Positions 19,170-28,846 of a stretch of DNA of 58,739 nucleotides are shown here, piece by piece. The position numbers and the translations under genes are program-made. The notes under the pieces are model-generated. The model saw only the letters and a program-made list of their open reading frames with translations. It was not told the DNA's origin and did not search any database. This stretch comes from Nocardioides sp. (GTDB taxonomy: Bacteria > Actinomycetota > Actinomycetes > Propionibacteriales > Nocardioidaceae): assembly GCA_035691135.1 (NCBI GenBank), contig DASSJR010000149.1, positions 1-58,739 of the forward strand, given 5' to 3'. How positions within the stretch are numbered: the stretch's first letter is position 1; each line of letters starts with the position of its first letter.

Positions 19170-21467
19170 TTGAAGAAGTTGGCACCCGGCCTGTTGGCCG
19201 GAACCGCCGCCCTGGCGCTGAGCATCACCATGCTCCAGCCTGCCCAGGCGAACCCGTTCGTCCGCTCGCCCCAAGAGGGCGGCGCGGCGGTCAAGAGCAA
19301 GCCGGACAACCGTCCCGGCCCCAAGACCAAGCAGCAGCAGCGCCTGCGGGAGAAGGCGCTGACGATGCTGGACAACGGCAGCGCGCAGCTGAAGGCGCAG
19401 CCCGGCGGCGGTTCTACCGTGCAGCTGGCCGATGGCAAGTTCGTCGAGTTCCCGATCGACAAGCAGGACAAGGTCTTCACGATCCTGTCCGAGTTCGGCG
19501 ATCAGGGCTCGGGCAAGCTGGGCACGACGCCCGGCCCCCTGCACAACCAGATCCCGCAGCCCGACCGCTCGGTCAACAACTCCACTGCCTGGGTGCCTGA
19601 CTTCAACAAGGCGCACTACGAGGAGATGTTCAACGGCGCGGGTGACTCCTTCAAGGACTACTACCGCCAGCTTTCCAGCGGCCGCTACACCGCGACCAAC
19701 ACGGTCGAGGACTGGGTGAAGGTGCCCGGCAACGCCTCGACCTACGGCGACAACACCGTCGAGGACTTCGGCGGCTCGTGGGCCTTCATCCGCGACTCGG
19801 GCAACGCCTGGTACCAGCAGCAGCTCACCTCCGGGAAGACCCCTGCCGAGATCGACGCCTACCTGTCGCAGTTCGACGTCTGGGACCGGTATGACTTCGA
19901 CGGCGACGGCAACTTCAACGAGGCCGACGGCTACATCGACCACTTCCAGGCGGTGCACGCCGGTGAGGGCGAGGACGCCGGGGGCGGCGCGCAGGGCGCG
20001 GACGCCATCTGGTCGCACCGCTGGTACGCCTACGGCTCGGTCGGCCAGTCCGGCCCGAGCGTCGGCGACCAGCAGAACCTGCTCGGTGGCACGCAGATCG
20101 GTCAGTCGAAGTACTTCATCGGCGACTACACGGTGGAGGCGGAGAACGGCGGGCTCGGCGTGTTCGCCCACGAGTTCGGTCACGACCTCGGTCTGCCGGA
20201 CTTCTACGACACCAACGCCGGCGAGAACGGCACCGCGTTCTGGACCCTGATGTCGTCGGGCTCCTGGCTCGGTGACGGCACCCAGGACATCGGAACCAAG
20301 CCCGGCCTGATGGGCCCGGAGGAGAAGTACCAGCTCCACTGGCTGGACTACTCCGAGGTCAACCCGGGCAAGAGCGGCAGGTTCACCCTCGGCCCGTCGC
20401 AGCACACCTACAGCGGCGCGGACCAGGCGGTCAAGGTCAACCTGCCCGACGTCACCACCAAGACGCCCTACACGACGCCCCCCGAGGGCACCCATGCGTG
20501 GTACACCGGCCGCGGAGACAATTACACCTCCACACTGACCCGGTCCGTCGCGGCGGCGAGCAAGGTGACGGTCAAGGCCAGCTCCTGGTACCAGATCGAG
20601 GCCGGCTACGACTACCTCTACGGGGAGTACTCCACCGACAACGGCGCGACCTGGCAGTCTGCGGGAGCGCCGATCACCGGCAACTCCGCCAAGGGTGGTT
20701 GGGCCAGCCTGTCCTACGCCTACGCGCCGAACGGTCAGCCCTCGCTCTTCCGGTTCCGCTACACCACGGACGGTGGGGTCAACGAGGCAGGTGCGTTCAT
20801 CGACAGCATCGAGGTGGCCACGGGCAGGGACGTGTTCACCGACGGCGCCGAAAACGGCAACAACGGCTGGACCCCGGTGAAGTTCAGCATCTCGACCGGC
20901 ACCGAGAGCAAGACGACGGATCGCTACTACCTGCTGGAGAACCGTCAGTACGTCGGGTACGACTCGACCCTGAAGACCGGGCCGTACCAGTTCTCGTTCG
21001 CCTTCTCGGCTCCCGACAAGGTCGAGCACTTCCCGTTCCAGGACGGCATGCTCGTCTGGCTGGTCGACAACGCCTACGCCGACAACAACACCAGCAAGCA
21101 CCCGGGCCACGGCTACGCGCTGCCGGTCGACGTCCGGCCGAACTCGCTGACCTACCCGGACGGCAGCAGCCCGAGCAACCGGCGGGAGCCGTTCGACGCG
21201 ACCTTCGGCCTGCAGGCGACGGACCCCGTCTGCCTGCACAAGGAGGTGGCCACGGACAACAAGGGTGGCTACACCACCCTGGCCGCGTGTCAGGACTCGA
21301 AGCCGGGTGTGGCGACGTTCAACGACACCAACCCCAACGCCTACTGGGACTCCACCAACCCGCAGAACTCCACCAAGGTTGCGGGGCTGGGTGTCAAGGC
21401 GACGGTGACGTCGGAGGACGCGAGCACGGGCAACATCACCGTGTCAGTGGTCAACCCGGCTCGGTGA
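19170..21467 (+). CDS. Immune inhibitor A-type (M6) secreted metalloprotease
   Basis: Signal peptide; HAGEGE, IWSHRW, HEFGHDLGLPD zinc motif, LMSSGSW, YYLLENRQY. Confidence 0.93.
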   Translation: MKKLAPGLLAGTAALALSITMLQPAQANPFVRSPQEGGAAVKSKPDNRPGPKTKQQQRLREKALTMLDNGSAQLKAQPGGGSTVQLADGKFVEFPIDKQDKVFTILSEFGDQGSGKLGTTPGPLHNQIPQPDRSVNNSTAWVPDFNKAHYEEMFNGAGDSFKDYYRQLSSGRYTATNTVEDWVKVPGNASTYGDNTVEDFGGSWAFIRDSGNAWYQQQLTSGKTPAEIDAYLSQFDVWDRYDFDGDGNFNEADGYIDHFQAVHAGEGEDAGGGAQGADAIWSHRWYAYGSVGQSGPSVGDQQNLLGGTQIGQSKYFIGDYTVEAENGGLGVFAHEFGHDLGLPDFYDTNAGENGTAFWTLMSSGSWLGDGTQDIGTKPGLMGPEEKYQLHWLDYSEVNPGKSGRFTLGPSQHTYSGADQAVKVNLPDVTTKTPYTTPPEGTHAWYTGRGDNYTSTLTRSVAAASKVTVKASSWYQIEAGYDYLYGEYSTDNGATWQSAGAPITGNSAKGGWASLSYAYAPNGQPSLFRFRYTTDGGVNEAGAFIDSIEVATGRDVFTDGAENGNNGWTPVKFSISTGTESKTTDRYYLLENRQYVGYDSTLKTGPYQFSFAFSAPDKVEHFPFQDGMLVWLVDNAYADNNTSKHPGHGYALPVDVRPNSLTYPDGSSPSNRREPFDATFGLQATDPVCLHKEVATDNKGGYTTLAACQDSKPGVATFNDTNPNAYWDSTNPQNSTKVAGLGVKATVTSEDASTGNITVSVVNPAR

Positions 21468-21500
21468 GCCAACCGCGGCGCTGACGCCGTACCGCACCAC

Positions 21501-21532
21501 CGGAGGGGCCCCGCACACCGCGGGGCCCTCCG
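21501..21532 (+). terminator. GC-rich stem-loop after the M6 protease
   Basis: CGGAGGGGCCCCGC-ACACC-GCGGGGCCCTCCG (one bulge). Confidence 0.65.
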
Positions 21533-21579
21533 TCATTCCGGGACGAGGCGAGCGACCCGGGACCGGTAGGCTTCCCGCG

Positions 21580-22224
21580 ATGAGTGAGCAGGGCTTCGAC
21601 CAGGTGCGGCAGCGCGGCGTACGGCTGCCGCGCGGCCAGCGTCGGGCACAGCTGCTCGACGCGGCGCTCGAGGTCTTCGTGGCCCAGGGCTACCACGCCG
21701 CGGCGATGGACGACATCGCCGAGCGGGCCGGAGTCTCCAAGCCAGTGCTCTACCAGCACTTCCCCGGCAAGCTCGACCTCTACCTCGCCCTCCTCGACAT
21801 CTCCTGCGACCTGATCATCGACAACTGCCGCAAGGCCCTCGACTCCACCCACGACAACAAGCAGCGGGTCGAGGCGACGATGGCCGCGTTCTACGAGTAC
21901 GTCGCCGGCGACACCGGTGCGTTCCGGCTGGTCTTCGAGTCCGACCTCAACAACGAGCCTGCGGTGCGCGCGCACGTCGAGCGGGTTACCAACGAGTGCT
22001 CGGCCATGATCGCCCACGTGATCCACGACGACACCGGCCTCCCCGACGAGGCCTCGCGACTGCTCGCGGTCTCGCTCGTGGGAATGGCCCAGGTGAGCGC
22101 GCGGTTCTGGCTCTCGGACGGAAACGGCATCAGCAAGTCCGAGGCTGCGGCACTGGTGGCCGGCCTGGCCTGGCGAGGCATCCGCGGCTACCCGCTCACC
22201 GACGACATCCCACCCGGCGACTGA
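21580..22224 (+). CDS. TetR/AcrR-family regulator
   Basis: FVAQGYHAAAMDDIAERAGVSKPVLYQHFPGK HTH; TAGGCT-N7-ATG leaderless promoter. Confidence 0.95.
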   Translation: MSEQGFDQVRQRGVRLPRGQRRAQLLDAALEVFVAQGYHAAAMDDIAERAGVSKPVLYQHFPGKLDLYLALLDISCDLIIDNCRKALDSTHDNKQRVEATMAAFYEYVAGDTGAFRLVFESDLNNEPAVRAHVERVTNECSAMIAHVIHDDTGLPDEASRLLAVSLVGMAQVSARFWLSDGNGISKSEAAALVAGLAWRGIRGYPLTDDIPPGD

Positions 22225-22279
22225 GATACGGCCAAGGCTGCATCTCGAACCCAGAACCAAGAAGAGAGAGGAACCCACC

Positions 22280-22498
22280 GTGGAGGTCAAGATCGGTGTC
22301 CAGCACGTTGCCCGTGATCTCGTGATCGAGACCGACGAGTCGGCCGAGACCATCGAGAAGCTGGTCGGCGAGGCGCTCGAGGCGGGAGGCGTTCTCTCCC
22401 TCACCGACAACAAGGGCCGCAAGGTGCTCGTGCCCACGGCCACGCTGGCCTTCGTCGAGATCGGGATCCACACCGGACAGGTGGGCTTCCGGCACTGA
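22280..22498 (+). CDS. DUF3107 domain protein
   Basis: MEVKIGVQ...LTDNKGRKVLVP...VEIG...VGF; typical position after this TetR. Confidence 0.9.
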   Translation: MEVKIGVQHVARDLVIETDESAETIEKLVGEALEAGGVLSLTDNKGRKVLVPTATLAFVEIGIHTGQVGFRH

Positions 22499-22613
22499 AC
22501 TTCGGGCGGCACAGCCGGACCGTTGGGCCGTGTCTGCTTTGTGTAACGCCCCCGGCGGGTGGAAACTTGGGAGTTGTGGCCCGCCATACGACGGGCCCGG
22601 AAAGGTGAGTCCG

Positions 22614-22889
22614 ATGGTCGGAACAATTCTCTTCTACCTGATCGTGGGCACGATCGTCGGTCTGCTGGGCAAGTTCTTCGCACCCGGCGACAAGGACAAC
22701 ATTCCGCTCTGGCTCACGATCGTCTGCGGCATCGGCGGCATGATCGTCGGTGGCGTGATCTACCGGGCGTTCGGTGGCAACGGCTCCGCCGGTCTCGACT
22801 GGACCCAAGGCATCGTCACCGTGCTCACGGCTGTGGTCCTGGTGGTGATCGCTTCGACGATCACCGGTCGAAACCGCAGCAGAGTCTGA
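22614..22889 (+). CDS. GlsB/YeaQ/YmgE (transglycosylase-associated) stress membrane protein
   Basis: Small Gly-rich three-TM protein, GTIVGLLGKFFAPG...TIVCGIGGMIVGG. Confidence 0.82.
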   Translation: MVGTILFYLIVGTIVGLLGKFFAPGDKDNIPLWLTIVCGIGGMIVGGVIYRAFGGNGSAGLDWTQGIVTVLTAVVLVVIASTITGRNRSRV

Positions 22890-22895
22890 GCTTCT

Positions 22896-23600
22896 TCAGG
22901 AGTCCAGCCCGAGCTCGTCCATCCGGGACGCGTGCAGCTCGGTGATGCGGCTGAACATCCGGCCGATCGCGGCCAGGTCGAGGCCCGGGCGGTCGACCCC
23001 ACCGGCGAGCAACGCGGACAGCGCGTCACGCTCAGCCGCCACGCGCTGCGCCTGGGTGAGCGCTTCCCCCATCAGCCTCCTGCCCCAGAGCGCCAGTCGG
23101 CCGCCGAGGCGCGGGTCGGCGGCGATGCCCGACCGGACCCGGTCGACGACGAACCGGGACTGTCCGGCGTCGGTCAGGGACGCGACGATCAGATCGCGGG
23201 TCCGGGTGTCGAGGTAGGCCGCGATCTCGCGGTAGAAGTCGGCGGCCATGCCGTCGCCGACGTACGCCTTGATCAGGCTCTCGTACCAGTCCGCGGGTGC
23301 CGTGTGGGCGTGGAACAGGTCGATCGGATCGCGGAACGGCGCCATCGCCGCGTAGGGGTCAGCCCCGAGCTCGCCGAGGCGCTCGAGCAGCAGGGCAACG
23401 TGACCGAACTCGGTCGAGGCCATGGACCCGATCGCGACCTTGTCCTCGAGCGTCGGCGCCATCCGCGCGTCCTCGGCGAGCCGCTCGAAGGCGGAGATCT
23501 CGCCATAGGCGATCGCGCCGAGCAGGTCGACGACGGCCGCCCGGTAGTGAGGGTCCTCCAGGGCCAGGGACGCCTCGCCCGCGACCGGGGATTCACTCAT
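22896..23600 (-). CDS. Ferritin-like fold protein (MiaE-like)
   Basis: LLGAIAYGEISAFERLAEDA, EFGH, KAYVGDG, LWGRRLMGEAL; TAGGGT-N6-ATG. Confidence 0.88.
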   Translation of the reverse strand: MSESPVAGEASLALEDPHYRAAVVDLLGAIAYGEISAFERLAEDARMAPTLEDKVAIGSMASTEFGHVALLLERLGELGADPYAAMAPFRDPIDLFHAHTAPADWYESLIKAYVGDGMAADFYREIAAYLDTRTRDLIVASLTDAGQSRFVVDRVRSGIAADPRLGGRLALWGRRLMGEALTQAQRVAAERDALSALLAGGVDRPGLDLAAIGRMFSRITELHASRMDELGLDS

Positions 23601-23764
23601 GCTCGAACCCTACCGATAGACTGACGGCGTTCGGGTGCCACGCCCGTCGCCGTCACTACGGCGTCACGACTCGGCCAGGTCCCGACCGCATGTGCGCGGC
23701 AGACATCTCTCGGAGTTCCAGCTCCCGGTCCGCCGCACTGGAACTCACGGAAGCGAAGAGAACA

Positions 23765-25210
23765 CTGACCACCTTCAGAGAGCTCGGGGTGCTCCCCGAG
23801 ATTTGCGACGCGCTCGAGCGCGCCAACATCACCAAGCCGTTCCCGATCCAGGAGATGACCCTCTCCATTGCGCTGATGGGCACCGACCTGATCGGACAGG
23901 CCCGCACCGGAACGGGCAAGACCCTGGCGTTCGGCATTCCTGTGCTGCAGCGCAGCATCGCGCCGCACGACCCCGACTACTCCGAGATCCCGCAGGGCAA
24001 ACCACAGGCACTCATCGTGGCCCCCACCCGGGAGCTCGCCCTGCAGGTGTCCAAGGACATTCACCTGGCTGGCGCCGACCGCGGCATGCGCGTCCTCACC
24101 GTCTACGGCGGTGTCGGCTACGAGCCGCAGCTCGATGCACTCAAGTCCGGAGTCGACATCGTGGTCGGTACCCCCGGCCGGCTGATCGACCTGGCCAACC
24201 GTCGCTCGCTCGACCTCTCCCATGTGCACGCCCTCGTCCTCGACGAGGCCGACGAGATGCTCGACCTCGGCTTCCTGCCCGACGTCGTGAAGCTGATCTC
24301 GATGACCCCCGAGACCCGGCAGACGATGCTGTTCTCGGCGACCATGCCGTCGGCGATCGTCAGCCTCGCGCGCATCCACATGCGGCACCCGATGAACATC
24401 CGGGCGGAGTCATCGGCCGACACCGAGATGGTGCCGGCGACCGCCCAGTTCATCTACCAGACCCACGACCTGGACAAGCCCGAGATCATCGGCCGGGTCC
24501 TGCAGGCCGAGGGCGCCGACAAGATCATCGTGTTCACCCGCACCAAGCGCCAGGCGCAGCGGGTGGCCGACGACCTGGCCGAGCGCGGCTTCGCCGCCAG
24601 CGCGCTGCACGGCGACATGGCGCAGGTGGCCCGCGAGAAGGCCCTCACCAAGTTCCGCGAGGACAAGCTCAGGGTCCTGGTGGCCACTGACGTCGCCGCC
24701 CGAGGCATCGACGTGCAGGGCGTCTCCCACGTGATCAACTACAGCTGCCCGGAGGACGAGAAGACCTACGTCCACCGGATTGGCCGCACCGGGCGCGCGG
24801 GCGCGACCGGCATCGCCATCACCTTCGTCGACTGGGCCGACCTGCACCGCTGGAAGATGATCAACAAGGCGCTCGACCTGCCCTTCGACGAGCCGCAGGA
24901 GACCTACTCCACCTCCGAGCACCTCCTCCACGACCAGGGCATCCTGCCCGGCACCAAGGGCCGGATCGTCGACCCGGCGCCGGCCGCCCCCCGTGCCGAC
25001 CGCGACGACCGGGGCAAGCGCGGCGAACGCTCCTCCGGCAGCCGCCCGCCCCGCAACCGCAGCCGCAGCCGCACCCGTGGCGGCAAGCCGGTCGACGAGG
25101 CAGCCTCGACGGCGGGCAGCAGTGACGGTGAGAAGCAGGCGGGTGCCGGCGGTCGCAACCGTCGCCGGCGACGCCGTTCCTCCGGCGGGGCCAGCTCCAA
25201 GCCCGCCTGA
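23765..25210 (+). CDS. DEAD-box RNA helicase (probable CTG start; alternative ATG at 23690)
   Basis: Q motif PFPIQ, ARTGTGKT, PTRELA, DEAD, SAT, ARGID, HRIGRTGRAG; Arg-rich tail. Confidence 0.93.
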   Translation: MTTFRELGVLPEICDALERANITKPFPIQEMTLSIALMGTDLIGQARTGTGKTLAFGIPVLQRSIAPHDPDYSEIPQGKPQALIVAPTRELALQVSKDIHLAGADRGMRVLTVYGGVGYEPQLDALKSGVDIVVGTPGRLIDLANRRSLDLSHVHALVLDEADEMLDLGFLPDVVKLISMTPETRQTMLFSATMPSAIVSLARIHMRHPMNIRAESSADTEMVPATAQFIYQTHDLDKPEIIGRVLQAEGADKIIVFTRTKRQAQRVADDLAERGFAASALHGDMAQVAREKALTKFREDKLRVLVATDVAARGIDVQGVSHVINYSCPEDEKTYVHRIGRTGRAGATGIAITFVDWADLHRWKMINKALDLPFDEPQETYSTSEHLLHDQGILPGTKGRIVDPAPAAPRADRDDRGKRGERSSGSRPPRNRSRSRTRGGKPVDEAASTAGSSDGEKQAGAGGRNRRRRRRSSGGASSKPA

Positions 25211-25223
25211 CTCGCCCTGCCGC

Positions 25224-25355
25224 CGAGCCGTCGCGAGTTACCCCGATTCCGCGTCGAGCCGTCGCGAGGTACCCCGATTTCCCGTCGAGCCGTCGCCAGC
25301 TACAGGTAAGTGACGACGGCTCACCGGGGTTTGGTGGGTAACTGACGACGGGTCG
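25224..25355. repeat. Intergenic palindromic repeat array (REP/BIME-like), copy 1
   Basis: Core CGAGCCGTCGCGAGTTACC-like at 25224, 25255 and 25286; inverted cores at 25305 and 25337. Confidence 0.85.
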
Positions 25356-25359
25356 GCGA

Positions 25360-26025
25360 CTATGCGGTGACGACGACCTTCGTGCCGAGCGGCGCGAAGG
25401 CCCACAGCAGCTTGGCGTCGGCGCGGCGTTGCCGGATGCAGCCGTGGGAGAGCGGGGTGCCGAGCTCGGCGACGGTCTGCACCGGCACGCCGTCGTCGAT
25501 CGGGATGTCGTGGAACCCGATTGAGGCGTTGTCGCCGTGGGCGAAGCGGACGAAGTACTTCATCGAGCCCGAGTCGTCGATGCCCCAGGCCTGCTCCGAG
25601 CGGGAGTAGACCGAGTAGGTGCCGGGGTCGAGGTTGTCGTAGACGCTTCCCGACACCAGGTAGGTGTGTTGCACCCGGTCACCGGCCCCGACCAGCCACA
25701 CCCGCTGCTGACTCTCGCTGAAGACCACTCGGCGCCCCTCGCCGGAGTCCGCAGGCAGGGGGCTCCCGGCGGCGGCGTCGCTGGCAGTGGGAGTGGTCGA
25801 CACGGTGGTCTTCGGCTGGGTCTCGGCTTCGGCCGGTCCGGTCTCCTGCCGTGCGTGGGGGTCGGCCACGGTCTCGATGACCGGCCGTTGTTGGGGACCC
25901 TCCGCGGCCGACGGCAACGCCCCCACGCCGCCGAGGACGGCGATGGCCGTCACCGACATCGATGTCGCCGCCACCGCGAGCCTCCCGTAGCGGGGTCGGA
26001 TCCGTCCTGCGGTGTCGGCGCCCAT
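25360..26025 (-). CDS. L,D-transpeptidase (YkuD) family protein
   Basis: N-terminal anchor; IGFHDIP...LGTPLSHGCIR catalytic motif. Confidence 0.9.
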   Translation of the reverse strand: MGADTAGRIRPRYGRLAVAATSMSVTAIAVLGGVGALPSAAEGPQQRPVIETVADPHARQETGPAEAETQPKTTVSTTPTASDAAAGSPLPADSGEGRRVVFSESQQRVWLVGAGDRVQHTYLVSGSVYDNLDPGTYSVYSRSEQAWGIDDSGSMKYFVRFAHGDNASIGFHDIPIDDGVPVQTVAELGTPLSHGCIRQRRADAKLLWAFAPLGTKVVVTA

Positions 26026-26026
26026 G

Positions 26027-26824
26027 TCAGCGACCCCTCGTCGGTTTCCGGGGGCGGCCGGCCCGGGTGACGAGATTGGTCGCGACCTCGCGGTAGGCCT
26101 TCGCTCCCTTGCTGCTGCGGCTGGTGGCGAGGATCGATCGTCCGGCGGCCGGCGCCTCGGCGAACCTGATGGTCTTGGGGATCGGCGGCTCCACGACCTC
26201 GAGCTCGTAAGTCTCTGAGATCGTCTCGAGGACGGTGCGCGCGTGGTTGGTGCGCCCGTCGTAGAGGGTGGGCAGCACCCCCCAGACCTCGAGCCCGCGG
26301 TTGGTGAAGCGACGTACGTCGTGGACGGTGTCGAGCAGCTGCCCCACCCCGCGGTGCGAGAGGGTCTCGCACTGGAGCGGGACCAGCACCCCGTCGGCCG
26401 CGGTGAGGGCCGCCACCGTGAGCACGCCCAGCGACGGCGGGCAGTCGAGCAGCACCCAGTCGTAGTCGAGCTCGGAGTCCTCGAGCATCTCGAGGGAGGT
26501 CTTGATGACGTGTTCGCGGCCGGTACGGGTCAGCAGGTCGGCCTCTGCGCGCGCCAGCTCGATCGTGGCCGGCAACAGGTCGACCCCGTCGTCGGTCTCG
26601 ATGATGACCTCGATGGGGTCGAGTCCCTTGGTCAGCACGTGATGGACCGAGAGCTCGAGGTCCTCCGGGTCGATGCCGAGTGAGAACGTCAGGCACGCCT
26701 GGGGGTCCAGGTCGACGAGCAGGACCTTGTGTCCGAGCTCCGCGAGCGCCGCACCGATGGACGCGACCGATGTCGTCTTGGCGACGCCGCCCTTCTGGTT
26801 GGCGACAGCGAGTGTGGTAGTCAT
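26027..26824 (-). CDS. Orphan ParA/Soj-family ATPase
   Basis: NQKGGVAKTT deviant Walker A; DLDPQ; DCPPSLG. Confidence 0.95.
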   Translation of the reverse strand: MTTTLAVANQKGGVAKTTSVASIGAALAELGHKVLLVDLDPQACLTFSLGIDPEDLELSVHHVLTKGLDPIEVIIETDDGVDLLPATIELARAEADLLTRTGREHVIKTSLEMLEDSELDYDWVLLDCPPSLGVLTVAALTAADGVLVPLQCETLSHRGVGQLLDTVHDVRRFTNRGLEVWGVLPTLYDGRTNHARTVLETISETYELEVVEPPIPKTIRFAEAPAAGRSILATSRSSKGAKAYREVATNLVTRAGRPRKPTRGR

Positions 26825-26883
26825 CGCGGCACATTGTGCCGGAACGAGTTGCCGAGATTGCGGCGACACAGTTTGCTGGACGC

Positions 26884-27636
26884 GTGTCTTCTTCCCTCGT
26901 CACCGGCGCCACCGCCGGAATCGGCCATGCCTTCGCCACCCACCTCGCCCGGCGTGGTGACGACCTGGTGCTGGTCGCGCGGGATCGCGAGCGGCTGGAT
27001 TCGGTCGCCAAGGCGCTCCGCGAGGAGTACGGCGTCGCGGTCGAGGTCCTGCCCGCCGACCTGAGCGCCCGGTCTGAGCTCGCCACCGTGGAGGCCCGCC
27101 TGTCCGACCCCACCCGGCCCATCGACCTGCTGGTCAACAACGCCGGCTTCGGCCTCAAGGAGCGGTTCCTGGTCAACGACGTGGAGGCCGAGCAGGCCAT
27201 GCTCGACGTACTCGTCAGTGCGGTGCTGCGGCTCAGCCACGCGGCGCTCGGCCCGATGATCGAGCGTGGGCACGGCGGGATCATCAACGTCTCGAGCGTG
27301 GCTGCGTTCCTGCCGCGCGGCACCTACGGCGCGGCGAAGATGTGGGTCAACCGGTTCAGCGAGTGGGCGGCCCACGAGTACCGCGATCGCGGTGTCACGG
27401 TGATGGCCCTGTGCCCCGGTTTCACCAAGACCGAGTTCCACGAGCGGATGGGCGTCAAGCGCGGCAGCAGCTTCATGTGGCTGGACGTGGACATGCTGGT
27501 CGAGAGGGCGCTCTCCGACTTCGACAAGGGACGGGTCTACTCCATTCCGGGCGCCCAGTACCGCGCGATCGTCGGGGTGACGCGGCTGATCCCCAACCGC
27601 GCGCTGCAGACCTTCCAGTCGATGGGCCGGAAGTGA
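26884..27636 (+). CDS. SDR-family oxidoreductase
   Basis: TGATAGIG, NNAGFG, YGAAK. Confidence 0.93.
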   Translation: MSSSLVTGATAGIGHAFATHLARRGDDLVLVARDRERLDSVAKALREEYGVAVEVLPADLSARSELATVEARLSDPTRPIDLLVNNAGFGLKERFLVNDVEAEQAMLDVLVSAVLRLSHAALGPMIERGHGGIINVSSVAAFLPRGTYGAAKMWVNRFSEWAAHEYRDRGVTVMALCPGFTKTEFHERMGVKRGSSFMWLDVDMLVERALSDFDKGRVYSIPGAQYRAIVGVTRLIPNRALQTFQSMGRK

Positions 27637-27639
27637 CGC

Positions 27640-28524
27640 TCAGGACCCGTTGACCAGCGTCGGGGCCGACAGCCCACTGCGCGCCGCGCTGGCGTGTGCG
27701 AGGTCGATGAGCCGGGCGAACTCGTCCGGGTGGGTGGTGTTGCAGCCCAGCTCGTGACCGACCTTGCCGACGCCGTGGTGGTCGCTCGACCCGGTGGCGA
27801 CCAGGCCGAGGTTGCGCGCGATCGCGCGCAGGTCGCGCCGCTCCTCCTCGCCGTGGTCCTGGTGGTCGACCTCGATCCCGGCCAGGCCCCGGTCGGCCAG
27901 CTCCGCGAACGCGGACTCCTCGAGCGTCGTGCGCTCGTGCCGCCCCCAGGGATGGGCGACGACGCTCACTCCCCCGGCACCTGCCACGATCTCGACCATC
28001 TCGGCGAGCGGGGTCGCGTAACGGTCGACGTACGCCGGTCGACCGGCGCTCAGGTACTTCGCGAACGCCTCGTCCCGGTCCCGGACCGCCCCCAGGGCGA
28101 CCAGGGCGTCGGCCACGTGCGGCCGCCCCGTGGCCGTGGTGGCGCCGGCGACGCGTCGTACGTCGGCGGCGTCGATCTGGATGCCGCACTCCTGCAGCTT
28201 CTGGAGCATCACCGGCACCCGGGCGTCCCGACCGTCGATGATCCGGGCGAGCTCGCGGACGAGCGGCGGGTAGGTCGGGTCCGGCAGGTAGGCGAGCAGG
28301 TGCACGCCTCGCCCTTCGGTGTGACGGGTGCTGATCTCCATGCCACGCACCAGCGAGATCCCCGCGGCGACCGCAGCCTGGGCGGCCTCGGCCCACCCGT
28401 CGGCGGTGTCGTGATCGGTGAGTGCGACCACGTCGAGCCCGGCCTCGGCCGCGGCGTAGACCAGCTCCGCTGGCGCCTGCGTGCCGTCACTGGCCCGCGA
28501 ATGGGTGTGGAGGTCGATGCGCAC
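27640..28524 (-). CDS. PHP-domain metallophosphoesterase (YciV/TrpH-like)
   Basis: DLHTHSRASDG, LTDHD, GRPHVA, AHP, GSSDHHG. Confidence 0.93.
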   Translation of the reverse strand: MRIDLHTHSRASDGTQAPAELVYAAAEAGLDVVALTDHDTADGWAEAAQAAVAAGISLVRGMEISTRHTEGRGVHLLAYLPDPTYPPLVRELARIIDGRDARVPVMLQKLQECGIQIDAADVRRVAGATTATGRPHVADALVALGAVRDRDEAFAKYLSAGRPAYVDRYATPLAEMVEIVAGAGGVSVVAHPWGRHERTTLEESAFAELADRGLAGIEVDHQDHGEEERRDLRAIARNLGLVATGSSDHHGVGKVGHELGCNTTHPDEFARLIDLAHASAARSGLSAPTLVNGS

Positions 28525-28589
28525 GCGCGCAGCCTACGTTCGTACGCGGTTCCGGGCGCGGCCTGCTCCGTCCGGTCCGGGCCCGTGAC

Positions 28590-28814
28590 TCAGCCCAGGG
28601 CGAGGACCCGCTGCATCATGGGGTAGCTGGGGTAGGGGTCTTGCTCGATCTTCTCCATGAGCACCTGGGCATAGATCGAGCGCTCGTCCGGACCCATCAG
28701 CTGCTCGATCATGTTCATCATGGTCGACGAGGGAAAGCGGTCGCGCTGCACCTTGGTCAGCAGGATCCTCAGAAGCTCCCGGCGTGCGTCGAACTGCTCA
28801 GCCTTCTGTGCCAT
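28590..28814 (-). CDS. Small hypothetical protein with a two-fold internal repeat
   Basis: GGGAG RBS; LxxK(V/I)xxDx(F/Y)PSxxMM occurs twice. Confidence 0.7.
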   Translation of the reverse strand: MAQKAEQFDARRELLRILLTKVQRDRFPSSTMMNMIEQLMGPDERSIYAQVLMEKIEQDPYPSYPMMQRVLALG

Positions 28815-28846
28815 TGCTCGCTCCCAGGGTTGGCGTCGCCATCTGA

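Noticed and set aside
19146-21239. 697-aa minus-strand ORF, and similar long antisense ORFs (299-2002, 3179-4921, 8863-10824, 12515-14428, 47749-49521, 51117-52526)
   Set aside because: Shadow frames of well-supported genes in high-GC DNA; no recognisable motifs
23297-23764. N-terminal extension of the helicase ORF
   Set aside because: Overlaps the divergent ferritin-like gene and its promoter; low-complexity translation
25224-25355. CRISPR array
   Set aside because: Linkers are only ~12 bp and similar to each other, two of the five units are inverted, and there are no cas genes; the same applies to 56769-56879
26027-26824. ParA as evidence of a plasmid or integrated element
   Set aside because: No parB, rep or integrase; it sits among core genes, as orphan actinobacterial ParA homologs do
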